A model generated the notes under the pieces. The model saw only the letters and a program-made list of their open reading frames with translations, made no database searches and had not been told where the DNA came from. Source: Euryarchaeota archaeon UBA103 (GTDB taxonomy: Archaea; Thermoplasmatota; Poseidoniia; Poseidoniales; Thalassarchaeaceae). From it: a stretch of 64,000 nt of DNA. The position numbers and the translations under genes are program-made. Location: NCBI GenBank assembly GCA_002506825.1, contig DAYH01000031.1:3465-67464 (forward strand), written 5' to 3'. Below, piece by piece: positions 10,057-19,916 of this stretch (the first letter of the stretch is position 1; each line of letters opens with the position of its first letter).

Positions 10057-11627
10057 TGGTTGTAAAGAGTGCAACAAAGAAGAAACTAATGGATCTGCAG
10101 ATAGATGAGGAGTATGCTCACAAGCTAGCGGATGATAGGAAGTGGGACGATGTCAAAGTCCTGACTCCAGGACAAATTGCTCAGATTTGCGGTATCGACT
10201 CAGGGACTGCACAGAGAATCAGTGACTTGATGGCCGCATCTTCAAAATCCGCAAGAAGCGCCGCCGCTTCTACCGAGAAAACCGTTGTCAGGAGGAAGTC
10301 AGCGGCGTCTAGAAGGAGAAGGAAGTCAATGCTCCCTCTGGAGGAATTCGATAACGACTACAAGATATCACAGATCCTCAGGGACGTTGATCATCAAGAT
10401 GAAATGTATCAGCAGCTGCTTGCGGCGTCTGTGGATGCTAATGTCAGTCTCACTCCAAGGATGATAATGGATCTTACAGAGGGAATTAGGGCCAGAGGAA
10501 TAAAGAAACTAACCCCTGCAAAGGCTAGAAAGGTAATCAACTCAGCTAGCGACTCCTTGATGAGTTCCAGGGCCGACCCACACGAAGCTGTCGGAATAAC
10601 CACTGCGCAGTCAATCGGAGAGCCGGGTACCCAGATGACCATGAGGACCTTTCACTATGCAGGTGTAGCTACTGTCAACGTAACGCAGGGACTTCCAAGA
10701 ATCATAGAGATCGTGGATGCAAGAAAAACACCCAATACTCCCACAATGAGGATTTACCTGAATGAGAAGAATTCCAAAGGGAAGCCATTGAGGACAAATG
10801 AGAAGCTTGTAAGGGAAATAGCGGCGGGACTAGAGGCTACAACCACTAGCGATATCGCAAATATTGATGTCGAGGTTGCTCAAAGATATCTAAGTCTGAA
10901 GCTAAATAAGTCTAATATGAGACTCAAGAATATGAATGGTGCCGAAGTCAAGGATAAGCTAAGTAGGGCTCTCAGGCTTTACATCCAATCTGACAATGAT
11001 GACAAACCCTCGGAACTGAAGATTATTCCAGGTATTGCCAAGAAAGAAGATCTGGAAACTCTGGCCACTGATCCTCCCACATATACAGACCTTCTCCAAT
11101 TGGAAGATAAGATAAAGAAACTCCAACTGAAAGGAATTAGGGGAGTTATCCGGGCTAATGTTCAAGCCGGAGAGAATGATGAGTACTACATCTCTACAAT
11201 AGGATCAAATCTTGCCAAGGTCAGCGAATTTGCTGGAGTTGACAGGTCTAGGACCTACACCAACAATATTAACGAGATTCAATCCTATCTAGGGATTGAG
11301 GCCGCAAGACAGGCGATAATAAATGAGATGTTAGATACTATGGAAGGAGCAGGACTTGATGTTGATGTAAGGCACCTGATAACTGTGTCCGATGTAATGA
11401 CTAGTAGTGGCGAAGTAAGGGCAATTGGAAGGCACGGAGTAAGCGGAACAAAACATAGTATTCTGGCTAGATCGGCCTTCGAAGTTACAGTGTCCCACTT
11501 ATTGAGGGCTGGAATCATAGGCGAGAGGGATGAGCTGAGGGGAGTAACAGAAAATATCGTTGTGGGGCAACCCATAGCACTGGGAACTGGAAGTGTTGAT
11601 TTGTTCTATATCCCGGACGAGGCATAG
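10056..11627 (+). CDS. rpoA2: RNA polymerase subunit A'' (Rpo1C) with N-terminal extension
   Basis: Trigger loop [45 protein letters not shown]. Confidence 0.97.
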   Translation: MVVKSATKKKLMDLQIDEEYAHKLADDRKWDDVKVLTPGQIAQICGIDSGTAQRISDLMAASSKSARSAAASTEKTVVRRKSAASRRRRKSMLPLEEFDNDYKISQILRDVDHQDEMYQQLLAASVDANVSLTPRMIMDLTEGIRARGIKKLTPAKARKVINSASDSLMSSRADPHEAVGITTAQSIGEPGTQMTMRTFHYAGVATVNVTQGLPRIIEIVDARKTPNTPTMRIYLNEKNSKGKPLRTNEKLVREIAAGLEATTTSDIANIDVEVAQRYLSLKLNKSNMRLKNMNGAEVKDKLSRALRLYIQSDNDDKPSELKIIPGIAKKEDLETLATDPPTYTDLLQLEDKIKKLQLKGIRGVIRANVQAGENDEYYISTIGSNLAKVSEFAGVDRSRTYTNNINEIQSYLGIEAARQAIINEMLDTMEGAGLDVDVRHLITVSDVMTSSGEVRAIGRHGVSGTKHSILARSAFEVTVSHLLRAGIIGERDELRGVTENIVVGQPIALGTGSVDLFYIPDEA

Positions 11628-11638
11628 AGGTGAAAAAA

Positions 11639-11938
11639 ATGGATTTAACGAGAAATCTGAAACAGGCTTTGAGCACAGGAAAAATTATTTTTGGCCAGAG
11701 GGAAACCATGGGCGCATGTGCGAGAGGAGACGCAAGGCTAGTCCTAGTTGCGGCCAACTGTCCAGACAGCTTCCTATCTGATATTTCATCTAGTCATCCC
11801 GGAGTCCCTATCCATAGGGTTCACATGGTGAATAGGCAATTAGGTTCGGCATGTGCCAAACCATTCGCTATCAGCTCACTATGCGTAGTTGATCCAGGCC
11901 AGAGTGACCTGCTAACACTTCAGCACAATCTGTCATAA
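11639..11938 (+). CDS. rpl30e: 50S ribosomal protein L30e
   Basis: TGKIIFG, VLVAANCP, LGSACAKPF, DPGQSD; canonical position after rpoA''; SD GAGGTG favours ATG 11639. Confidence 0.93.
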   Translation: MDLTRNLKQALSTGKIIFGQRETMGACARGDARLVLVAANCPDSFLSDISSSHPGVPIHRVHMVNRQLGSACAKPFAISSLCVVDPGQSDLLTLQHNLS

Positions 11939-11940
11939 CC

Positions 11941-11963
11941 AGAAGGGGCCGCTTAGCCCTTCT
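11941..11963 (+). terminator. Stem-loop right after the rpl30e stop; possible terminator or processing site
   Basis: AGAAGGG...CCCTTCT 7-bp stem starting 2 nt after the stop. Confidence 0.35.
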
Positions 11964-12004
11964 ATCATCGGACGCTTCAAGTCTGTACACTCCCTCAGTA
12001 TGCT

Positions 12005-12943
12005 GTGGAAGACGCAGTCAGACAACTATTGGCAGTCAAGGGAGTACGTCTGACTGAGCCTTCGCAACTCTCTAACATTCCCGGATTCATACTTCTGGGG
12101 GTGGCCGAGAGAGTACCAGAATTCGGCGAAATTAAAGGTTCTCCTGTCACTGTATGGCATATTCCTTCTGACTTACTTCCAGTCAGTAGGGCCGAAATAG
12201 AGAGATGGTCTGTGGACGCGTCACCGGGCCGTCACTGGCTACTCAGCCAAAGGGAGCTACCAAGTGACTCAGAATCGATTTTTCCATCCAACTCAAAAGT
12301 GGTTGCATGGGGTCCAGAGAAAATGTCAATATGGTTCGGTGAGGCTATACTCTCAGGTGACTTAGATGTATCATTACCTCGAGATGAGGGGGATGCAGTG
12401 TATTCAGATAGCACATTTTCATCTGCTGATAAGGACGAAATAACACTAATAAATTCAGTAATTAATCTAGAGTCGTGGCTCGTACAGAAAAATCTTGATA
12501 ATGCGTTGACGTATCCAGTTCTTCTGGAGGGCAGATTATGGGAAGTAAAGGGAGATTTATATTCTCCCGAAGGAAATATGGAAAGGGATACATGGATCGT
12601 TATGGAAGATCCATGGTCGTCCAATCTTTCTTTATTTGAAGACAAGGGAAATGGTAATGAAACTCCACATTTGAGGATTATCAAACCACCAGAATCAAGA
12701 TGGAAGAGAGAGGAGGAACTCATATCGAAACTACCTGGAATCCTAGATACTAGGAGACAGGGCGAATCAGAACAAAGTGAGGACTCGGTAAGAAGCATCA
12801 TGTTAGAATGGTGGAGAGTTGATGTAAAATCAGTCACTATCAGGCCAATGGGAGCGGCCTTTCCTGCTTGGGTTTTGAATGTCGAAGGTAGGGATGACGT
12901 ATTATTACATTCTATCAACGGAAGGACATATCCACTGCCCTAA
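12005..12943 (+). CDS. Hypothetical protein, possibly a degenerate Mrr/restriction-endonuclease-like family member
   Basis: 312-aa ORF; VVAWGPEKMSIWFGEAIL and C-terminal P.W...G....INGR recall euryarchaeal Mrr-like proteins; no clear catalytic motif. Confidence 0.45.
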   Translation: MEDAVRQLLAVKGVRLTEPSQLSNIPGFILLGVAERVPEFGEIKGSPVTVWHIPSDLLPVSRAEIERWSVDASPGRHWLLSQRELPSDSESIFPSNSKVVAWGPEKMSIWFGEAILSGDLDVSLPRDEGDAVYSDSTFSSADKDEITLINSVINLESWLVQKNLDNALTYPVLLEGRLWEVKGDLYSPEGNMERDTWIVMEDPWSSNLSLFEDKGNGNETPHLRIIKPPESRWKREEELISKLPGILDTRRQGESEQSEDSVRSIMLEWWRVDVKSVTIRPMGAAFPAWVLNVEGRDDVLLHSINGRTYPLP

Positions 12944-13812
12944 TTTCGTTGTAGCGACATAAGCTCTTCAGTGGAAAGGGTATCTCCTGACATCAACTTA
13001 GACATCAAGTCAGACACCTCCGTCTTTTCATCGGAAACGCTCTCATCTGACCTCGATTGGATAGCTTTTATCATATCCTGAATTGAGTGTATGCACCTAA
13101 GTGAAACTATGTAGAGGCTATGTATCGAATCAGCCTCCTTCTTAGACTTGGTCAATCCCGAATGTGCTGAGTTTGCTCTATCACGCAACCTATCAACTTC
13201 TTCTGATAATTCAACCATTAGGTCATGAGCATCCTGTGCCGATAAAACAGCCTTTTCTACTCTATTGTGTGCTTCTTCCTGTGCTCTCTCAGCACTTCGG
13301 ACGCTGGACTTTAGATCACTGAGTCTGCCACCATCTTTATTCGATTCCTTAGCCTCCTTCAATTCCTGACTAAGCTTTTTCATTTCTCTGAAGAAACCCT
13401 TCTCACTAGCACCGGTGAAGCCCCCTCTTTCGTATTTCCTCTCTAGGGCATCCATCTTGGCCCTAATTTTAGCTGGGGAAGGTCCAGAACTCCTTCTGGC
13501 CTTCTCGCCGCTCTCTTCCAGCCTCGACAGAATCTCTCTTAGCTCTGTCCTAATGGATTTCAATTCATCAGATTTTACAGCTCTTTCTGTCTTAAGATCC
13601 TTAACTTTAGTATTGGCCTCATCACGAATCTCTTTCTGCGATCGAACCTCAGATATTAGCTCCTTTACTTGCCTATTAACCTCATTCCTGGTATCTAAAT
13701 ATACTCTAACTTTGGCATTTAATTCATCACGTAGCTCGCGCTTCTCGTCCAAGCCAGACTCTAAGGACTGCTTCGCTGGAGCGAAAACTTCAGTTATATC
13801 TTCTAGCTCCAT
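12940..13812 (-). CDS. Archaeal coiled-coil protein (COG1340-like), paralog 1
   Basis: Heptad-rich (RDELN, RNEVN, RDEAN); C-terminal KLMSGDTLSTEELMSLQ; start placed at ATG 13812 behind GGGGTT. Confidence 0.75.
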   Translation of the reverse strand: MELEDITEVFAPAKQSLESGLDEKRELRDELNAKVRVYLDTRNEVNRQVKELISEVRSQKEIRDEANTKVKDLKTERAVKSDELKSIRTELREILSRLEESGEKARRSSGPSPAKIRAKMDALERKYERGGFTGASEKGFFREMKKLSQELKEAKESNKDGGRLSDLKSSVRSAERAQEEAHNRVEKAVLSAQDAHDLMVELSEEVDRLRDRANSAHSGLTKSKKEADSIHSLYIVSLRCIHSIQDMIKAIQSRSDESVSDEKTEVSDLMSKLMSGDTLSTEELMSLQRN

Positions 13813-13873
13813 GTCAACCCCCACATAACCGAATTTGTATTGGCATTTAAGCACATAGTAGCAATAAATTTCC

Positions 13874-14842
13874 TCAATCTTCCCTCTTGGTTGCAAGATT
13901 CCCTTTTCTAGGCCCTCTCCGAGAGACTCCAATCCTCCTCTTCCTCTTACTAGATTGAGTTTTAGTAGTATTTTCAGATTTAATATCTCCGGATCCTCCA
14001 TCTGTCAACTCCGAGAGACTCCCGGATCCCAGAAGCGCATCTAGTTCCACAGTACTGAGAGATCCCCCAGTCTTGGCTTTGGCTTTGATTTCAGAAAATC
14101 TGACTTTCCTATTTCTTCCACCAGTTACCCTCTGGTAAGCCTTAACCCTGGAAAGACTCTTCCTCAAGGATTTCCTCTTGGAATCAATCACTTCTATTCG
14201 CTTATCGATTTTTGTTATTCTTTTACTAATCTTACCGACTTCCGACCTACTCGACTTATTTTCAACTCCAGACTCCGAAGTTGACTCACTCTCCATGACC
14301 TCTTTTTCTTTTCGGCCCTCATCTAGCTTCACTGTTACCTCCCTCATTTCCTTAGCTTTCTCTATGTATTGCGAGTGAGCCTTTTCTGAGTCCCCCTTCT
14401 TGATAATAGAGGCCTGAATTTCGAAGAATCTTCTGAATGCTTCCAACTCACGAGAGAGTGTTGGAACGGCAGTCAAATCATTGTCAATTGTAGTCAATCT
14501 TCTATGTGTCTCAGATAGCCATTCTTTCAGTACTTCCATCGGGGGCGGAATAAGTCTATTGACATCATCCCTCTTCTTTCGGGAAGAATCTGCAGCCTTC
14601 TTTATCTCGTGAAATCTTCTCAGCAGCCCCCTTCTTTCGGAATTGGCTCCTTCCATCTTTCCAACTATGCCACGTAATATTCTGACTCTGTTAACTAAGT
14701 CCATTCTCTCTGAACGTAGATCCCTTCTTTCACCCTCGAGAGAGCCAAGATCCCTGTCAAGCCCACTCCTCATTTCTTGAATCTCATGGCCATCAAGATC
14801 TTCCAGATCACTGAATGAGCTAGCTAAATTATCTTCGCTCAT
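13874..14842 (-). CDS. Archaeal coiled-coil protein, paralog 2
   Basis: Heptad-rich; hinge LTAVPTLSRE; KAKTGGSLSTVEL motif; basic tail. Confidence 0.7.
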   Translation of the reverse strand: MSEDNLASSFSDLEDLDGHEIQEMRSGLDRDLGSLEGERRDLRSERMDLVNRVRILRGIVGKMEGANSERRGLLRRFHEIKKAADSSRKKRDDVNRLIPPPMEVLKEWLSETHRRLTTIDNDLTAVPTLSRELEAFRRFFEIQASIIKKGDSEKAHSQYIEKAKEMREVTVKLDEGRKEKEVMESESTSESGVENKSSRSEVGKISKRITKIDKRIEVIDSKRKSLRKSLSRVKAYQRVTGGRNRKVRFSEIKAKAKTGGSLSTVELDALLGSGSLSELTDGGSGDIKSENTTKTQSSKRKRRIGVSRRGPRKGNLATKRED

Positions 14843-15654
14843 TCCTCTTCATCTCCTTTCTTCTTTACTCTCTTCCTCGCAAAAGAAGACGCTCCACCTT
14901 CCAAGACCCTATTCATATCATTTAAGAGATCATCAAATCCTGTTTCACTATCTCCAAAACCAGTAGACAACTTCCCCTTCCAAAGAGAAATGGCATCCGA
15001 TGACTGAGCATAGAGCTCTCTAGCACGATCCAATTGTCTCCTGATATCTCTAATTTCAGACTGCATTGAGATTTTCTTTTCATACAGAGGCTGGGCCTTT
15101 TCAACAGCCTTCAGCATCCTAGAATGTGCCGCTTCTGAAATTCTGAAATTAGAAATCATAATCTTTCTAGAATCTACATACTTAGTCATTTCAGGATTCG
15201 AATCTCTTCTTTCTTTGAGCCATTTCTCATTCTTCTCAATAAGCTTCCTTCGCTTAGCTATCAGCTTTCCTTCTTCTTTATGGTCCAATGCAGAAGTTTC
15301 TATCCTTTCTTCAATATTTTCCAATTCTTCGAGAAGCTTAACCTTCTTCCATTCAGGATCAAGGCTTATCATGCCGCCTTTATTGGAAAGTGATTCTATT
15401 GACTCTTTGACCTCGGATAATTTAGCTCTTGCAACGGCCTGGGAAGAATCGCGTTCAGATTTCTTCTCAGCCACAGTTTCATTGGCTTTCCTATGCGATT
15501 CAACAGCTCTCTTAACACGCGGAGACAGAGACTCTTCTTCTGCTTCTAGATTCCTAATGACATTGGGCAACTGCTCTTCTAATGCCTTCCAACGTGCCAG
15601 AAGACCTTCGGCTAGCTCCTCGGGTTTCACCTCTAGCAATTGTTCGACGTTCAT
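14839..15654 (-). CDS. Archaeal coiled-coil protein, paralog 3
   Basis: Heptad-rich; hinge IEERIETSALDHKEEGKLI; 4-nt overlap with the next gene; ATG 15654 avoids overlapping the divergent gene. Confidence 0.7.
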   Translation of the reverse strand: MNVEQLLEVKPEELAEGLLARWKALEEQLPNVIRNLEAEEESLSPRVKRAVESHRKANETVAEKKSERDSSQAVARAKLSEVKESIESLSNKGGMISLDPEWKKVKLLEELENIEERIETSALDHKEEGKLIAKRRKLIEKNEKWLKERRDSNPEMTKYVDSRKIMISNFRISEAAHSRMLKAVEKAQPLYEKKISMQSEIRDIRRQLDRARELYAQSSDAISLWKGKLSTGFGDSETGFDDLLNDMNRVLEGGASSFARKRVKKKGDEEE

Positions 15655-15757
15655 GACATTCGGCTCCAGCCGGGACTGTCGGTTAAAGGTCACTATGTGA
15701 CCTTGGAAGGGGTTTGTTTGATACGCCTTCACATCTCGGAAGTTTTGGGGCGAGGAT

Positions 15758-17665
15758 GTGAAGCATACCGCATCATACATCATATTACTCACTTTCACTC
15801 TACTTCTATCCAATTCTTCTTCTGCAGATAGCACTCAATTACAAGAAATTGAAATTCAAGAACCTTCAGACTGGGAAATTCTGGTTATTGATCAATCAAC
15901 ATCCTCCCCTAATGGTAATGAAACCTTTTCAGATGGAGATTTTGTGACTTTATCAGTAATGGTTACCAATACAGGTTCTCAGTCGATAAATGGCAGTTGG
16001 AAATTAGAATCACTTTCCAACGGAGTATGGAATTCCCCTACTAGTCAGAATGCAACATGGAATGGTAACGACGACCAAATTTCAGAGATAACCTTGGGCC
16101 CTCTGGCAGAAGGAACTATGACATTCAGATTTGAGATTAAACTAGATGGCTCAACAATAAATATTTCTCAAACCAGAGAAATCATAGTATACCCAAACCC
16201 AGTTCTATTCAGTTCAGCAGGGGATTCAATAATTGCAATAACGGGGGAACCGGCGAATATAGGCGATACCATAACAGCATCCATTCTGGTAAAGAACGAA
16301 GGCGTCTCGGAAGGATCAGTAGTGCTCACACTCTATGATACTAACTCAACAATGATGTTATCGGGAGAACCGGTAATGATAAGCCCCGGTTCCAGCAGAG
16401 AGGTTTCAGTGGATTTCAACTTCTCCTCATACGGGGAAAAGCAATTCCATTGGAGGATAAACAGTGAGTTAGGAGGTGTATCTCCCGATTTGACTGGAAG
16501 CCACTTAATCACAATTCTTCAACAACAACAGGTTAAGCTGGGACTCTCATCTAGTGATTGGTCCGCTTCCAATGGACTAGATATCGGCTATTGGATTTCC
16601 CTTACAGACGGTCCCGAAAGAAAGGCGCAGGTATCGATAAGTGAATTTGAATCTGGAGTCTCTAAAGAACTTCAGAAATTCACGATTACTCTAAGTCAGG
16701 GTGTGAGGGAGCTCAATATTCAGATTTCCAATCCAAGTCTTGAGCTTGATAGGATAAGAATTTCTGTAAGTCCGTTAAGTTGGACTTCTAATCAAATCCC
16801 TGATTTGGATGTTCAGTTGATTAGTCCACAGCCGATAATAGTGATTTCTTCATGTGCGCAGAATCCAGATAATCTTGATATTTCGGACACATTAGTAATC
16901 ACATGTACTATTTCCAACGAGGGCAATTCAAACTCCATGCCCGGCGAAGTATCTCTTTCCAGAGTCTCAGATGGATATATTTTCGCCGAATCAGGATTAT
17001 CCATTGCAGAAATAAATATCGGAGAGTTCAAGCAGATATCATTGACAGTCCAAAATTGGCAGGATGAGGGAACTACGGCCCTTCAAGTAAAATTTTCATC
17101 AGACATAAGTACGGCAACCGGAAGTATAGCAGTTCAGGCCAATCAAAGGCCTTCAGAAGGTTTTGAGGTCCCCTTCGATCCAACCGCCGCACTTTTGGGA
17201 GCAGTTTCGGGACTGGTTTTGATGATGGTAATATTGGCATTCTGGCGCGTAGCGACAGAGAGAACACCAGACACTGAAAGGAAAGGCCCCGATTCAGCTT
17301 CAAGAATTGAGAAGAGGAGGGAGCGAGATAACATAGAGGCATCCTGCCCAACGTGCAGTCAGAGGCTCAGCATTCCAGGTGATCATGTGGGAAGAGTGAG
17401 ATGTCCTGCTTGTTCTAATAGTTTCGAAGTAGGAGTAAAAGAGAAAATCCAGGTCAATGACGAAGCACCTAGAATTGAAGAAAATTCAGAAAAGGAAAAT
17501 TTAGAAAAATCAGCAGAAGTTTCCTCTACTTCGGACACCGACATACTTCCATGCCCATCGTGTGACCAGTTACTAAAGGTCCCGTTGGGTAAGAGGCCGG
17601 TGATGTCTAGATGCCCCGCATGCAGGTGTGAATTTATGGCACTTGGAGGTGATTTAGATGCTTGA
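15758..17665 (+). CDS. Secreted CARDB/Ig-like repeat membrane protein with cytoplasmic double Zn-ribbons
   Basis: Signal peptide; three V.N.G/ISNEG CARDB-type repeats; TM helix (AALLGAVSGLVLMMVILAFW); CPTC..CPAC and CPSC..CPAC. Confidence 0.75.
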   Translation: MKHTASYIILLTFTLLLSNSSSADSTQLQEIEIQEPSDWEILVIDQSTSSPNGNETFSDGDFVTLSVMVTNTGSQSINGSWKLESLSNGVWNSPTSQNATWNGNDDQISEITLGPLAEGTMTFRFEIKLDGSTINISQTREIIVYPNPVLFSSAGDSIIAITGEPANIGDTITASILVKNEGVSEGSVVLTLYDTNSTMMLSGEPVMISPGSSREVSVDFNFSSYGEKQFHWRINSELGGVSPDLTGSHLITILQQQQVKLGLSSSDWSASNGLDIGYWISLTDGPERKAQVSISEFESGVSKELQKFTITLSQGVRELNIQISNPSLELDRIRISVSPLSWTSNQIPDLDVQLISPQPIIVISSCAQNPDNLDISDTLVITCTISNEGNSNSMPGEVSLSRVSDGYIFAESGLSIAEINIGEFKQISLTVQNWQDEGTTALQVKFSSDISTATGSIAVQANQRPSEGFEVPFDPTAALLGAVSGLVLMMVILAFWRVATERTPDTERKGPDSASRIEKRRERDNIEASCPTCSQRLSIPGDHVGRVRCPACSNSFEVGVKEKIQVNDEAPRIEENSEKENLEKSAEVSSTSDTDILPCPSCDQLLKVPLGKRPVMSRCPACRCEFMALGGDLDA

Positions 17666-18308
17666 TCTAAGTGAATTCGAGGAGATGTACCTAAAGAAAA
17701 TCTTTGAGATATACGACAGAGAGCCCAGTACAATTGTTAAAACCTCGCAATTGGCAGAATCAATGTCAGTTTCCAACGCTTCTACTACGGAAATGATTCA
17801 AAGGCTGTCAGAAAGAGATTTACTGACATATGTCCCTTACAAGGGCTGTAGGCTTACTCCAGAAGGATTCAATATTGCAGCTCGGATAAAAAGAAGAGAG
17901 GGCCTGTTGAAGATTTTACTCATAGATGTGATCGGATACAAGGGGGATGTAGAAGCTGTTTCCTGTAAGATGGAGCACGGCATAACCCCAGGTCTAGAGG
18001 AGGCATTGGATCGGATGCTAGGGTATCCAGATAAAACCCCTGACGGAATAAAAATTCCTTCTGTCAAGAGAGCCGTGGAGCCAATCAGTTCCGGTCTTTT
18101 ACTGCCACTTTACAATCTTCCATTCGGCACCACTGCGACAATCGAAATTATTGCACTAAATCCCACTGAAATTAAAACCCTAGATTTAACAGGTTTAGGT
18201 ATTGGATCGAAGATAAAAATAAATCAAGATGGAATCTATTGCAACGGGAATAGAATCTCCATAAGCGAATCTATTATGAAGAGAATTTTATCGCGCACGG
18301 AGAATTAA
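17658..18308 (+). CDS. DtxR/MntR-family metal-dependent transcriptional regulator
   Basis: EEMYLKKI, LAESMSVSNASTTEMIQRL, Y.PYKG..LT..G, CKMEH, LGYP...P.G..IP, FeoA-like tail. Confidence 0.9.
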   Translation: MLDLSEFEEMYLKKIFEIYDREPSTIVKTSQLAESMSVSNASTTEMIQRLSERDLLTYVPYKGCRLTPEGFNIAARIKRREGLLKILLIDVIGYKGDVEAVSCKMEHGITPGLEEALDRMLGYPDKTPDGIKIPSVKRAVEPISSGLLLPLYNLPFGTTATIEIIALNPTEIKTLDLTGLGIGSKIKINQDGIYCNGNRISISESIMKRILSRTEN

Positions 18309-18309
18309 C

Positions 18310-19878
18310 ATGACTGATGAAGAGAGTGAAAATTTGGACCTCGACTCCATGGCAGATGACCTAGCTGGAGTAGCTCCGCCGGCCCCCACTGTCCCTATAT
18401 CCAATATTTCTACAGCAGGAACCACTTGGATGGACGATACTCTGCGCTCGAAAGAATCTGCACTCTTGAGGTTAGATAGATTATTGGTAAGCGGCGGAGC
18501 CAGGCTAGTACTATTTCTTCCATTGTTAACAATCGTTTTACTTGGGGCGGCCCAATCGTACGGCAGTAATGATATGGAATGGTGGAACGCGACTCTGAGG
18601 GAAGCCGCCGGCGGATTTTCATTGGTTCGTACGACTTATGCGGTCGCGTTGCTAATACTGATTGCCGATATATTTCTTCTAACGATATTACTCAGGATGA
18701 TGACTTACTCAAGAACAATATTCCATCATGAGGCCGATGCTTTGACTTCCTCCGGATTGACTTTTAGGAGCTCCCATGGGTATGCAGAGATGAGGGCGAC
18801 CTTAGATGGCTCAATCAGACAGGTTACGGCAATTTCTTCTCTGATAGTAATTTCATCAATTCTTCTTGCCTTGTCGCTATGGTTTCCATCTGGCCAAGAA
18901 CAGGTTAGCCCTGTCCTCTTGGCATTATCTACAGGCTCTCTCCTGGCAGGTTACGGGGTCCAGCTAATCTCCGACAGATCACGATTCAATGCTTCTGAAC
19001 CCTGGGGGATGCTCGAGGCTTTCTCCCCCCCAATCCATCCAGCACTGTTGAATAGGCCATTCAATGATGTCATTAAAGCACATATTGATCCTCTTCTAGG
19101 AATTAGAATTACGGAGTATCTAAAAACGGTGAAATCAGAACTCAGAGAGGGTTACACATTGTCCGAGCTACAAGAGGCCCTCCTTTTACTTCTTCACCTG
19201 AGAAGATCTTCTCTAATTTCCGAATCTGAGTTCAGAAAGAATCTTGAATTAATGGTCGAGCCAACAGCAATAGACGGTCTTTTCAGACATCCAGAGGTTG
19301 GTGAAGAGACTTGGGACAGGTTACTTCAACATGCTAGAAGTGAATGTAAGCCATTTTTCAGATTACACGATAGAATGAGAATGAGGAGGGGGATAAGTAG
19401 CTCTGATGGAGGGTTCTGGTTTGATGTCGACATGGAGAATCTTGTCGTTGGCCAAGCAAATTTATTTGCATTTATACTAAATTCTGGAGATGAGCCGAAG
19501 GACCTTGTCCTGAAGATTCAAACACCGGATTTCAAACCGAATGAATGTGTATACAAATTACATTCATCGCCTCTCATTTCTACATCAGATCCGCTTAACC
19601 CCTCCTCTCTTTCATTTATGATCCAAGAAATGACAAATAATACAAGCATCGTTTGGCAAAGCCTTCTCCCATCAATAAAAGGAGAGGCAACGGTTACAGT
19701 AAGACTGGAGGACGACTCGGGAAATCTTATCTCAGGAAGAGTACTAAATGTCCAAGTTGGTAGCGACTTAATATCTAGAACTAGAAGAACGGTAGGGGCG
19801 ATGTTCATGATAGGCGCCCTCATAGCCATGACTTCTCCATTACTGCCCTTCGCAGGCTCTGTTCTAGGTCTACTTTGA
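18310..19878 (+). CDS. Hypothetical polytopic membrane protein
   Basis: About 4 N-terminal TM segments, a soluble beta-rich domain and a C-terminal TM; coupled to the dtxR-like gene (1-nt gap). Confidence 0.65.
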   Translation: MTDEESENLDLDSMADDLAGVAPPAPTVPISNISTAGTTWMDDTLRSKESALLRLDRLLVSGGARLVLFLPLLTIVLLGAAQSYGSNDMEWWNATLREAAGGFSLVRTTYAVALLILIADIFLLTILLRMMTYSRTIFHHEADALTSSGLTFRSSHGYAEMRATLDGSIRQVTAISSLIVISSILLALSLWFPSGQEQVSPVLLALSTGSLLAGYGVQLISDRSRFNASEPWGMLEAFSPPIHPALLNRPFNDVIKAHIDPLLGIRITEYLKTVKSELREGYTLSELQEALLLLLHLRRSSLISESEFRKNLELMVEPTAIDGLFRHPEVGEETWDRLLQHARSECKPFFRLHDRMRMRRGISSSDGGFWFDVDMENLVVGQANLFAFILNSGDEPKDLVLKIQTPDFKPNECVYKLHSSPLISTSDPLNPSSLSFMIQEMTNNTSIVWQSLLPSIKGEATVTVRLEDDSGNLISGRVLNVQVGSDLISRTRRTVGAMFMIGALIAMTSPLLPFAGSVLGLL

Positions 19879-19916
19879 TGAGTTCCATTCAAGAACATCC
19901 ACCTTGTCGCATAGTC

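Noticed and set aside
13813-14001. N-terminal extension of ORF 12940..14001
   Set aside because: Overlaps the upstream gene by over 100 bp; ATG 13812 has an SD-like sequence and its own AT-rich upstream element
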